A DNA stretch of 64,000 bases from Alphaproteobacteria bacterium. Lineage in GTDB: Bacteria > Pseudomonadota > Alphaproteobacteria > Rs-D84. Positions 1 to 8,815 of this stretch are shown one piece after another. The notes beneath the pieces are model-generated. The model was not told the origin of the DNA. It searched no databases and was given only the letters and a program-made list of their open reading frames with translations. A program made the position numbers and the translations under genes. Position 1 is the first letter of the stretch. Each line of letters opens with the position of its first letter. The stretch is taken from NCBI GenBank assembly GCA_015062525.1, contig SUUM01000002.1, forward strand, positions 82,964-146,963, written 5' to 3'.

Positions 1-6
1 GATAAA

Positions 7-20
7 AAAGTGTATGACAT
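7..20. repeat. 14-bp direct repeat aaagtgtatgacat (left copy). Putative attL core of the 7-kb element; the right copy is at 7019-7032
   Basis: Exact 14-mer repeated at 7019-7032 (18/19 identity including flanks). It sits immediately upstream of the integrase gene. A gtaatac heptamer flanks both copies (24-30 and 7012-7018). Confidence 0.5.
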
Positions 21-1567
21 ATTGTAATACCGATAAATACATCCGGTTGCGAAACAATATTTTTTATTTTACAATGGAATTACCAAGACAAAACGGTAAA
101 AGACGGTTCTTTTGTAAATCGTTACATACCTACAATTATTACGAAGCAAGGGAAAAAGCAAAAATTATGGCGGAAAACGTTGAACATTTTGACACGATAC
201 AATTTATGAATGATTTCAATACGTTATGGAATCAGGTAATATTTGATTATAGTGGCACTGGTGGTAATTTTACCGGGTTTGCAGCCCGCAGGATATCGGA
301 TAAAACAAACCCTATGGTTTTAAAACAATTAAAAAACATGTCCGAAAAGTTAGATTTGATACAACAAAACCAACTTGACCCCGGGGACAAAATTATGTTG
401 GGACAATTAAAATCTGTTATTCCACAAATAAATGCTTTATTGGCCAAAGTGGATAATGTGGAACAATTATTGGCAAGTGCTCAAATTCAACAACCAAAAC
501 AAACCAAAAAATATAAAATTGGTGAAGTTTTGAAATCAATGTTAAAAAAGTCCAATAACCAAAAAGCAGAAACCGACAGAAAAAACAACAGTATTATAAA
601 AATGTTATCTGAAGTGGGTTTGAACCCAGATTGTGATTATGATGATTTTAATAATCCGGAAATAATCCAAAATATAGCAGAAAATATCAAAGGGTATCAA
701 ATTAAGGGTGATGCCAAACGAAAATACGTCAGATATATTCGTGATTTGATAAAACAAGCACATATTTTAGCCCCAGATTCATACCAAGAAAATTTTATAA
801 ATTTGTTGCCTGATTTACCAAAAACACCAAAACACCAACAAAAACCACATTTACCGTATTCCGAAAGTCAATTATTGGAAATGTTTGACCCGAAATACGA
901 CCACTTTAAAACTAACCCGGACGAATTTTGGACGGCTTTGATTGGTTTGTTTACCGGTGCCAGAATAAATGCAGCAACAACCTTGCAATATGGTGACATT
1001 ATTAACCAGGATGGGCTTGATTGTATTTATTTTAGACAAAATCACCCTGTAAAACACCTTAAAACCGAAGCATCCGAACGTATTGTTCCGATACCATCGC
1101 AGTTGTTGAATATGGGTTTTGTTGATTGGGTTAAAGCCAGAAAAGAAAAATTAAATACCACAGATGATGACTTCATTTTTCCAAAATGTAAAACAAAAAC
1201 AGGCAATTTTGAAAATAAATATTGGTCACGTGGTTTGGCGGTATTTTTGAAAGAAATCGGGGTTAAATCAAAAAATGGTGACCAGTTAGATTTTCATTCG
1301 TTCCGCAAAAACGCGAGTTTAAGATTACAAAATGCAGGAATAATCCAATCTTTTATTAACGATATTATCGGTTGGGAAGGCAAAAACACGATGGAACAAT
1401 CGTATTCAAATCACACTTTACCCCAGATAAAAGAACAAATTGATAAGTTGAATTATGACTTTTTACAACCCCATTTTGATAAATGGACGGAAATAATGAA
1501 AAAAGTAAAATGTAGTGAAAAAAGACGTTCGGAAACTGGGAAAAGTGGGAACAAAGGGAACAAATAA
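14..1567 (+). CDS. Tyrosine recombinase / phage-type integrase
   Basis: C-terminal catalytic-domain motifs are present: TGARINAA (box I Arg), HSFRKNASLRL (HxxR) and a downstream Tyr in EQSYSNH. The gene sits at the edge of an AT-rich island. The true start may be the internal Met (MELPRQ..., ~74). Confidence 0.75.
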   Translation: MTYCNTDKYIRLRNNIFYFTMELPRQNGKRRFFCKSLHTYNYYEAREKAKIMAENVEHFDTIQFMNDFNTLWNQVIFDYSGTGGNFTGFAARRISDKTNPMVLKQLKNMSEKLDLIQQNQLDPGDKIMLGQLKSVIPQINALLAKVDNVEQLLASAQIQQPKQTKKYKIGEVLKSMLKKSNNQKAETDRKNNSIIKMLSEVGLNPDCDYDDFNNPEIIQNIAENIKGYQIKGDAKRKYVRYIRDLIKQAHILAPDSYQENFINLLPDLPKTPKHQQKPHLPYSESQLLEMFDPKYDHFKTNPDEFWTALIGLFTGARINAATTLQYGDIINQDGLDCIYFRQNHPVKHLKTEASERIVPIPSQLLNMGFVDWVKARKEKLNTTDDDFIFPKCKTKTGNFENKYWSRGLAVFLKEIGVKSKNGDQLDFHSFRKNASLRLQNAGIIQSFINDIIGWEGKNTMEQSYSNHTLPQIKEQIDKLNYDFLQPHFDKWTEIMKKVKCSEKRRSETGKSGNKGNK

Positions 1568-1735
1568 TTCAGATTTAATTCCAGATTTGTCGAACCATAA
1601 ATAATAATAAATTACCCTTAAAAAAGTGTTCCAGGGTATCCAGTGTCAAATTTTAATGGTTTCTGTATGGTTCTATATGGGTCCGAAACGAAGAATTTAC
1701 GATTTTTTTCTAACAAACCAGCGCAGAATACAAAT

Positions 1736-2377
1736 TTACTTTTTTACATGTTTTTGAAATGATATTTGATGCAGATCAGAAATCAAATTTTTACCTTTAT
1801 AATTTTTTTCAAATTTTTTAAAGATATCAATCTGTTTGATAAAATCATCAGTATCAACATACCAGGTGTAATTATATTTATCAAATGCGTCAAACACAAT
1901 AATATCAATTTCTTTTCTGTGCTTTTTTATCCATTTATATACAGTTTCAAAATCAATATATAAAAACGTATCATTTTTTGCTATTTCGTGTATTTCACGA
2001 ATGGATAAAAATACACTAAAAAACTTGTTATTATCACTCGTTGTAATTTTTGGCACAACATTCACATTTTTCATATACAAATAATCAGTATTTTTGCAAT
2101 CTGGTAATTTTATAATACTTTTGTCGTTTGTTCCAGGGGGATAAATAGCACCAACTGGGATTAACATTTCAGAGTGCACCAACAGGGATAAAAAATACAT
2201 TAAACTTTCTGAATCCTTAAATGTTATAAATTCGGATAATGCACTAGATAACGTTCCACACAAATAATCTGTATGTTTTTCTTTGTGAATAATACAGTAA
2301 TCAAACTCATATTCAAAATCTTTGAAATGATTTTCATCCATTACATACATTGGTAAAGATTTTTTTAAATTTGACAT
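1736..2377 (-). CDS. Hypothetical protein; third gene of the nuclease operon
   Basis: 213-aa ORF lying 3 nt downstream of the GIY-YIG gene on the same strand. No recognisable motif. Confidence 0.5.
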   Translation of the reverse strand: MSNLKKSLPMYVMDENHFKDFEYEFDYCIIHKEKHTDYLCGTLSSALSEFITFKDSESLMYFLSLLVHSEMLIPVGAIYPPGTNDKSIIKLPDCKNTDYLYMKNVNVVPKITTSDNNKFFSVFLSIREIHEIAKNDTFLYIDFETVYKWIKKHRKEIDIIVFDAFDKYNYTWYVDTDDFIKQIDIFKKFEKNYKGKNLISDLHQISFQKHVKK

Positions 2378-2380
2378 ACT

Positions 2381-3370
2381 CTAATTATCATTATAACCAA
2401 AATCCCGAGTTTTTAAAACTTCTTTCCAATAATTTTCACGTTCTAGTGCTTTGGTTTTCCCTAACTCTGTCTTTGGAAATATTTCCATTATACTATATTG
2501 AAAGTTATCCTTAATATATTTAATCCCTTTTGTTTTAACTAATTCTTTTAATTTTTTATTTGGATAATCCTTGTTTGTGTCATCATAACCTTTATTCAGA
2601 TAAACAGACCAACGGCCATAAATTCCATTGTTTCCTGTTGCAGAACCTATGTATTGTTTCCCTGTATTCATATCTGTTAACACATATACACCAAACACAT
2701 TACTTAAATTCTCTTTCCAATCTCTGCTGTCTATCACTCGTTTCAAAGAATTATAATCTTTTCTAACGTTTTCATATCCAGTAAACTTTTCTTCCATATT
2801 TAAATATGGTTCTGGTAAAATTTCTGACACAACAACACTATTTATAACATCATCTGATGTATAATAAAATTGTTGGGGCTTGTTTGTGAAATTAACCACT
2901 AAACGACCATTAAACGATTCAAACTCTTTTAATTTTTTTGCGTTAGCATACCTGAAGTGTTCGTGTTTTACTTCATTAAAACCGTCTGCGTTTAAATCAA
3001 TAATTTGGTAAGCACCTATAAATAACCATTTATGAGTATCTATTTCTATAAATTCAAAAACAACATCTTCTAAACTTAACCGTTTCTTTTTTCCTGAACC
3101 CATAGACAATATAGCTTGGTCAAGAAACTTATCCTTATTCAGATACATTGTTTTAAAATCACGTATCTTTCTTACTTTCTTGCCATGTTCCTGAATTTCA
3201 TCTTGCCAAGATATATTAAACCTTAATTTACGTCGTTTGGTTGGGTAATTATTTTCAAAATTATTCTTATTAAGTCCGAATAAGATGTCAACTAGATGTA
3301 ATTCAGTATTCATATTATACCCTTTAATCGTTTGATTCTGGATATGGATAAGTTTCATCATAAATATCAC
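2381..3370 (-). CDS. GIY-YIG nuclease domain protein with an unknown ~200-aa N-terminal domain
   Basis: The C-terminus reads FGVYVLTDMNTGKQYIGSATGNNGIYGRWSVY...ENYWKEVLKTR, a canonical GIY...YIG...R...E...N arrangement. It overlaps the upstream gene by ~47 nt. Confidence 0.65.
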   Translation of the reverse strand: MIFMMKLIHIQNQTIKGYNMNTELHLVDILFGLNKNNFENNYPTKRRKLRFNISWQDEIQEHGKKVRKIRDFKTMYLNKDKFLDQAILSMGSGKKKRLSLEDVVFEFIEIDTHKWLFIGAYQIIDLNADGFNEVKHEHFRYANAKKLKEFESFNGRLVVNFTNKPQQFYYTSDDVINSVVVSEILPEPYLNMEEKFTGYENVRKDYNSLKRVIDSRDWKENLSNVFGVYVLTDMNTGKQYIGSATGNNGIYGRWSVYLNKGYDDTNKDYPNKKLKELVKTKGIKYIKDNFQYSIMEIFPKTELGKTKALERENYWKEVLKTRDFGYNDN

Positions 3371-3953
3371 GTAAATTTTTATTATTATAAGTCCAGTATT
3401 GACCTGGTTGAACGTAATACGGTAAATCCAATAATTCCTTTGTTAAAGCACTTAATGCGTATTCTTTATCATTATATAATACCTTTTTAGGACCAATAAC
3501 ACTAATTTTAATATCTGGGTCTTTTACATAAAACAATTCTGAACCGACAGGAATTCCCATTTCTTCAAAATTAAATTGCGGTCTGTGGAATTGTTTAGCA
3601 GCAGACTTTTCTGCATCAGATATATTACGAAACAAAGCATCCTGAACAGTATTTGTTATTTCACTTGTTGAAAATTCCTTTAATAAAGGGATAACTTGGT
3701 CGGGTGCAACATTGAAAAATTCACGTTTCGGGTTAACACGTTTATCCCGAAAAGCATTATGAATAATTTGTTCAATTGTTGTGCAATCTTTAACTTCACC
3801 AGCCCATAAACATTGAAAAGGGAACGGAACACCAGTTGAATATAATTCGGACATTCTGGCATTCAAATCTTTACGTTGTGTTTTTCCAATTTTTATTAAA
3901 TTCGGCATACCTTCATTAGCCAACACATAAACAATATTATATTTATCAGTCAT
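3324..3953 (-). CDS. T5orf172 / MUG113-type (GIY-YIG-like) domain protein with a C-terminal extension
   Basis: The N-terminus YNIVYVLANEGMPNLIKIGKT...ELYSTGVPFPF...EVKD...EQIIHNAF...REFF matches the conserved T5orf172 pattern (VYVL..KIG.T, STGVP.PF). Confidence 0.65.
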   Translation of the reverse strand: MTDKYNIVYVLANEGMPNLIKIGKTQRKDLNARMSELYSTGVPFPFQCLWAGEVKDCTTIEQIIHNAFRDKRVNPKREFFNVAPDQVIPLLKEFSTSEITNTVQDALFRNISDAEKSAAKQFHRPQFNFEEMGIPVGSELFYVKDPDIKISVIGPKKVLYNDKEYALSALTKELLDLPYYVQPGQYWTYNNKNLRDIYDETYPYPESND

Positions 3954-4102
3954 AATACATCCCTTTGTTATGATTATATTTTAATATACTTTGGGACTCG
4001 ATTCAATCCCATTTTGCATAAAAATATGATTTTTTACTTATTAGGGTTTACATTTTATTATTCACCCTTTATAATGTATTTTACATAAACAAGGTAAAAC
4101 AA

Positions 4103-4675
4103 ATGAAAAAAATTGTATTTATGGTCTTTTTGGTCTTTAATACCCTGTGTGCAAATGCTCAGGACGGATTTACTTTTTCACAAAATATCAGTAAATTGAA
4201 AAATTTAGATTTACATAATAACGACGCAGAGTTTACCCAAGAACAAAAGGAACAAAAACAAGTCAAAGTTTCTTTTTATAATACACTGTATAAAACCTGT
4301 ATTGATAATGGCAAACAAAGAATTAAACAAAAACAACCACTTGATAACGAAACACTTTATATGCTTGAAAAAGTGTGTGATTGTTATACTTTGACTATGA
4401 TGGACAAAGTTGATTGGAAAAAATTAAAAAATATGACAGGAAACGAAATTGATTCTTACCTGGCGACTTTCCATACAGAAGTAAAAGATGAATGTAGTGA
4501 AAGATTTAAAGATAGACCTGTTTATCAAGATAATAACACAAAAAATACAACACCTGAAAATATAAAAAACAAAGTCGATAACATAACGGGAAAAATTTTA
4601 GCGGGAATAATTTTTTCTTTAATTTTTACCCTGATAGCATGGTTGATAAGTAAAGCCATTAAAACAGATAAATAA
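4103..4675 (+). CDS. Secreted, C-terminally membrane-anchored hypothetical protein
   Basis: Signal peptide MKKIVFMVFLVFNTLCANAQ, scattered Cys residues, and a C-terminal TM helix ILAGIIFSLIFTLIAWLI. Confidence 0.5.
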   Translation: MKKIVFMVFLVFNTLCANAQDGFTFSQNISKLKNLDLHNNDAEFTQEQKEQKQVKVSFYNTLYKTCIDNGKQRIKQKQPLDNETLYMLEKVCDCYTLTMMDKVDWKKLKNMTGNEIDSYLATFHTEVKDECSERFKDRPVYQDNNTKNTTPENIKNKVDNITGKILAGIIFSLIFTLIAWLISKAIKTDK

Positions 4676-4843
4676 AATTGTAATAAATTTCATTTTTTAG
4701 TATGCGACAGGGTATTTTTGTATTATAATAGTAATAATAATGGGGTGTTGTGTAAATTTTCAGACACCCCATTTTTTTATTAAATACCCGTTTACGAATG
4801 GTCGTTTTTTTATTATAATCTTTTCGCAGACACAGAAAGATAG

Positions 4844-5050
4844 TTGACGAAAATGAAAAAAATAATGTATGCAAAACAAAGTGGTAATCAGGTCAGTTTA
4901 TACGACAGTTCAAACCGTGAATATTGTCGTGTTAATGGACAATTGGTATCATATACATCAGATTTTGTTATAACAAGTGGTGGAATATTTAGCACCCATA
5001 ACCACGTATATGATTCAAATGGTAAATGGGTTCGTGACGTGCAAAAATAA
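4844..5050 (+). CDS. Small hypothetical protein (68 aa)
   Basis: ORF only, in an AT-rich island. Confidence 0.25.
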   Translation: MTKMKKIMYAKQSGNQVSLYDSSNREYCRVNGQLVSYTSDFVITSGGIFSTHNHVYDSNGKWVRDVQK

Positions 5051-5057
5051 CAATTTA

Positions 5058-5579
5058 TTATTGTTTTGGTCTTTTATACGGAATATTAAATAATTGTTCA
5101 GATGTGAATAACCTAATTGAGTCAAAATGTTGATGGTTATCAGTTAAAATTTCTTTGCTGTTATACCCAGCAAGATTTTCAGGTGTTCGGTTTATGTTTT
5201 GCACGTCTATTGCCCTGGACGGCATTTTGTGTAAGTGCATAATAATTTCACAAGCACGTTGTATTTGTTCCAATGTATGATTGGGTGCTGTTAAATGAAT
5301 ATGAAAATGACACACGTGTTTTTTACCCAGTTCGATTACACCACGAAAACGTAAGTGGTGTCTGTTCCAATGTAGCCCACCTAATATACGTTCAAGGTCC
5401 AATAAAATGGGGTGCAATATATCAAGTGCTTTATACATATCAGATGTTTCAGAAAAAAGTGGTAAACGAATACACAAATAATGTGTGGGGTTATTTTCGT
5501 TTAAGAAGTCAATAAGTTGTGGAAGTATTTTAAGATATTGTTGTTTTGTATAAAAAGTGTCTGTTATGAATTTTTTCAT
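5058..5579 (-). CDS. Hypothetical protein with HUH-endonuclease-like motifs; possible rolling-circle Rep
   Basis: Three motifs in the canonical Rep order and spacing: YLCIRLP (motif 1-like), CHFHIHLT (HuHuuu), and AGYNSKE (YxxK). Confidence 0.4.
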   Translation of the reverse strand: MKKFITDTFYTKQQYLKILPQLIDFLNENNPTHYLCIRLPLFSETSDMYKALDILHPILLDLERILGGLHWNRHHLRFRGVIELGKKHVCHFHIHLTAPNHTLEQIQRACEIIMHLHKMPSRAIDVQNINRTPENLAGYNSKEILTDNHQHFDSIRLFTSEQLFNIPYKRPKQ

Positions 5580-6033
5580 TTTATTATTCCTGTATGTTGT
5601 GCCCCATAAAGTAATGTGTGTATTATTAAATTATGGGGTGTGTTAATTGTTATAATGTATTGTTTTTATTATATTTTTTATTTGTTGTTTTAATTATAGG
5701 TGTATTTGTCACTTGGGGTTCGTGCCCTTAAAAAAATATACCGATAATGCCCGACATTATTTTTCAAGACGTCTATTCATTAAGTCCATAATGTCCAATA
5801 ATGTCGTTTACACACACCATCAAATACTTATCAGGTGTGATATTTATACGCACCGTAACGTAAAGGCGTTTTTTCACCATACCCGGGGTCAGATACCCCA
5901 AAAATAATCACTCCATAGGTTGATAAGACACAAAACGGTTAAAATGTGTCTTTTAATAAATTGGGTAAAATAGTATCTGTTTGGGGGCTGTAAATTATAA
6001 ACCGACCATTACAAGCCCCCAACCTGTTATAAA

Positions 6034-6594
6034 TTAGACAAGATTGGTACGTAAACCATAATCCGTATTTAATCTTAGTTCTTTATAAAGGTCTATGCCA
6101 TCACGAATACTTTTCATTCGTTTGGGGTTTGTGTGGGTATATTTTGACCACAGATTCAATTCACATTGTTTGTGTGTGTCTATCAAAGCCACGTTTTCTT
6201 TGACCAAATGTATTTCAATTGTGGTCGTATCCAGCATAAAATCCAATATAACTATTTTACCAAAATCATGTGTTGGTAACTGTTCAGCACTATCAAATAC
6301 AACTGCAACGGATTGATGTAAACTGTTTATATAATTTATCATGTGATAGAATGTTTTATCATCATCCAATGGATTGCATTCTAAAAATGTTTTTATAATT
6401 ACCAGATCTTTATCAAAACAATATTTTGCAGTTCTAAATAATTGAGGTGTTAACGTATCGTTTTCATCCCCAGGGAAACAGGGATTTTGACTTGCAAATA
6501 TAATTGCATCAAAATAATTACTCATGTTTAATACCTTTGACTTAAATTCGGTCGTTTTGTTGTTTTCTGACCGAAAATGTTGATTGGAATCCAA
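6034..6594 (-). CDS. Hypothetical protein
   Basis: 186-aa ORF in the AT-rich island; no motif recognised. Confidence 0.4.
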   Translation of the reverse strand: MDSNQHFRSENNKTTEFKSKVLNMSNYFDAIIFASQNPCFPGDENDTLTPQLFRTAKYCFDKDLVIIKTFLECNPLDDDKTFYHMINYINSLHQSVAVVFDSAEQLPTHDFGKIVILDFMLDTTTIEIHLVKENVALIDTHKQCELNLWSKYTHTNPKRMKSIRDGIDLYKELRLNTDYGLRTNLV

Positions 6595-7018
6595 AGGACA
6601 TCAAAAAGGGACAAATGTTAAAAAACGACAAAAATAATCATACCGATATTTTTTTGATGACAAAGGTATTTGATTTGTTTTTGGATTTTATTTTGATTTG
6701 ACCCCACTTGGTGTCTTTTGGGGTTAATAAAAAATAGGTTCGGTTATGGGACAAAATTTATCACCCCATATATATTAGAACTATTTTTTTTACGTTTTTA
6801 ACGCTTGTTAGACTTTATAAATGTCATTTTTTTGCATTTTTTTTGATTTTTATGGTATTATGATACCAAAATCCCAAATTTTATGACTCCGTTGATAAAA
6901 CATCCTTGAAACAGTGGTCGATTGACCCAAAAAATATAAAAACTGGGTTCACGACCATAAAAACCCGTTTACATTATCAAAAAAATGGTATATAATCCGT
7001 ATCAAGAAAGTGTAATAC

Positions 7019-7032
7019 AAAGTGTATGACAT
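7019..7032. repeat. 14-bp direct repeat aaagtgtatgacat (right copy). Putative attR core
   Basis: Identical to 7-20. It is located where the AT-rich island ends and the core begins. Confidence 0.5.
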
Positions 7033-7097
7033 TTTGACGAATTTAGGTGCTGAAAATTAGCAAAAATGTTAGTTTTCTGGGGCATGACGGAAATATG

Positions 7098-7170
7098 GTA
7101 TGTTCCCCTTTGCTCGCACCAGATATTTTAAACCACCCGAAAGGGTGGTTTTTAAATATCTCGGGCAAAG
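7098..7170. repeat. ~70-nt imperfect palindrome (cccctttgc...agatattttaaaccacccgaaagggtggtttttaaatatct...gcaaagggg)
   Basis: Both arms were read directly from the sequence. Its centre is a stem-loop (accaccc gaaa gggtggt) followed by a T-run. Confidence 0.6.
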
Positions 7171-7227
7171 GGGCGAGTTGCGAGGCGAGGTTATGAAATA
7201 ACCGAAGTACTTTGCGAAGCCCAAAAT

Positions 7228-7262
7228 TTTAAAAACCACCCACTGGGGTGGTTTTTTATTGT
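7228..7262. terminator. Bidirectional intrinsic terminator (aaaaaccaccc actg gggtggtttttt)
   Basis: GC stem flanked by A-run and T-run, directly downstream of zapA (minus strand). Confidence 0.6.
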
Positions 7263-7534
7263 GTAATCTTGTGCTTAATCTCGCGTATTCGGGCCAGGAT
7301 TTCCTTCAAATCGGCATCTGTTGCGACGGCTTCTGGTTTGTTGTTCACCTCGTCAGCAAGGACAATACACAACGTCGCCAACAATGAACTTTCGGGCAGG
7401 GGCCCAATCTTGTCCAGAATCTGGCGCGCGCGCGCGTCAACCATTTTACCCAATTCAATCAGGCGCCCTTCCTGTCCATCTTCGCACCCCATTGGGTAAT
7501 TTTTATTTACAATCGGAATGGAAACAACACTCAT
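7256..7534 (-). CDS. zapA: Cell division protein ZapA
   Basis: N-terminal ...IVNKNYPMGCEDGQEGRLIELGKMVDARARQI resembles alphaproteobacterial ZapA (NYRMGCEDGQE). 92 aa. Confidence 0.7.
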   Translation of the reverse strand: MSVVSIPIVNKNYPMGCEDGQEGRLIELGKMVDARARQILDKIGPLPESSLLATLCIVLADEVNNKPEAVATDADLKEILARIREIKHKITQ

Positions 7535-7743
7535 TTTTTCAATTTCCTTAAAATAGATACAGATTTATCAATCATATCAACCGCGCGTGCATTTTTATCG
7601 CGCAGGCTGCGTACCTGTTCGGTTAATATTGCCACCTCTAAATCAGTTTGTTTGCCCGCGTGAATTGCGGTGCCACGTAATTTTGCGGCCGCTTCTTCCA
7701 GGTGGGCCAGTTCTTGAAAAATTTGCTGTTTTATATCTGCCAT
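7531..7743 (-). CDS. Small coiled-coil protein upstream of zapA (ZauP-like)
   Basis: 70-aa coiled-coil-type sequence, ATGA-overlap with zapA. This matches the zauP-zapA operon arrangement of alphaproteobacteria. Confidence 0.5.
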   Translation of the reverse strand: MADIKQQIFQELAHLEEAAAKLRGTAIHAGKQTDLEVAILTEQVRSLRDKNARAVDMIDKSVSILRKLKK

Positions 7744-7825
7744 ATCTTCAGTTTAAGACATTTTTTATATGCGTTCAACCCTAAAATGTGATATAATACG
7801 ACCATATACTGTGGGGGATGAATTT

Positions 7826-8806
7826 ATGAAGACCAAAATAATCTATATTTCCGGTAATGAAGTGTTTGAAATGTCTGAAATTCGCGCGGCATTTGATTCT
7901 GTGCGGGCCACGTTGGGGCTGGATAACGATACAATTTTATTTGGTGTTCCGGTTGACGCGGACAATGCATTATCAAATGTTGATATTACCACGCCAAGTA
8001 CGGAACCGATTGTTGAAACGGTGGTTATGCCGGCCGCAGAACCGGTTGTTGAATCAATTACAGAACCTGTTATTGAACCTGTTGTTGATGTTCAGTCATT
8101 GACCGCGGTGGACCCCGAACCGATTTCCCCAGATGAAGATATTGCCCCCCAGGAATCAGAACCTGTGATTCCAATTTTATCCATTTTATCTGCCCAGGAA
8201 ACGTCAATCGAACCCGAAATAAAAGCGGTCGCAGAACCTGTCGCAGAACCGATTGTGGAAACGGTTGCAGAACCCGTGGTGGAATCTGTGGAAGCGGCCG
8301 TGGCCCCCGCCACAGAAATTGTTGAAACCGCAATTATTTCGGATATTAACGTTAATGCGGAATTGTCTGCCCCGGTCAATGAAGATGATGCAACGGTTGA
8401 AACAATTACAATTGGCGACATGATTACGGATGATGCACCGGTTCCGCAAATGGAAAAAACGTTGGAAGAATTGTTGGAAACCATGGCACCCCTGCGCGAA
8501 GATGTTCAGCCCGAACCGGCACCTGAAATTTCCACCGATATTTTTGATGGCGACGATACGGATGCTACATTGGCGCAATTGGCAACCGAATTTGCCGACA
8601 CCCAGGATAAAATCCCCGCCACCCCACGTGCGACCGCGACGGGCAAAATTGGTAAATTAAAAAACATTTTACCATTCAAAAAGGCTAAACGCGATGACAA
8701 CGGTTTGATGGGCGATTTGTTTGGTTGGGCGGGTATTGCGGCCAACGATGATGATTTTACCATGCCTGGTTTTTTTACACCTGCGTCGAAAAAGCAGGGC
8801 GCATAA
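7826..8806 (+). CDS. Acidic, repeat-containing hypothetical protein
   Basis: Start chosen at MKTKIIYISG after a GGGGGA RBS. Body has AEPVVE/EPIVETV-type acidic repeats and a basic C-terminus. The ORF itself begins at 7769. Confidence 0.5.
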   Translation: MKTKIIYISGNEVFEMSEIRAAFDSVRATLGLDNDTILFGVPVDADNALSNVDITTPSTEPIVETVVMPAAEPVVESITEPVIEPVVDVQSLTAVDPEPISPDEDIAPQESEPVIPILSILSAQETSIEPEIKAVAEPVAEPIVETVAEPVVESVEAAVAPATEIVETAIISDINVNAELSAPVNEDDATVETITIGDMITDDAPVPQMEKTLEELLETMAPLREDVQPEPAPEISTDIFDGDDTDATLAQLATEFADTQDKIPATPRATATGKIGKLKNILPFKKAKRDDNGLMGDLFGWAGIAANDDDFTMPGFFTPASKKQGA

Positions 8807-8815
8807 TGGGCTGAT

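Noticed and set aside
8070-8763. Several overlapping ORFs (8070-8333, 8092-8484, 8204-8578, 8506-8763, 8430-8660) within or antisense to the acidic repeat protein gene
   Set aside because: All lie inside 7826-8806. Their compositions are implausible (His/Cys/Phe-rich, or Ser/Ala runs), typical of alternative frames of a GC-rich repetitive gene. The sense ORF has an RBS and coherent repeat structure.
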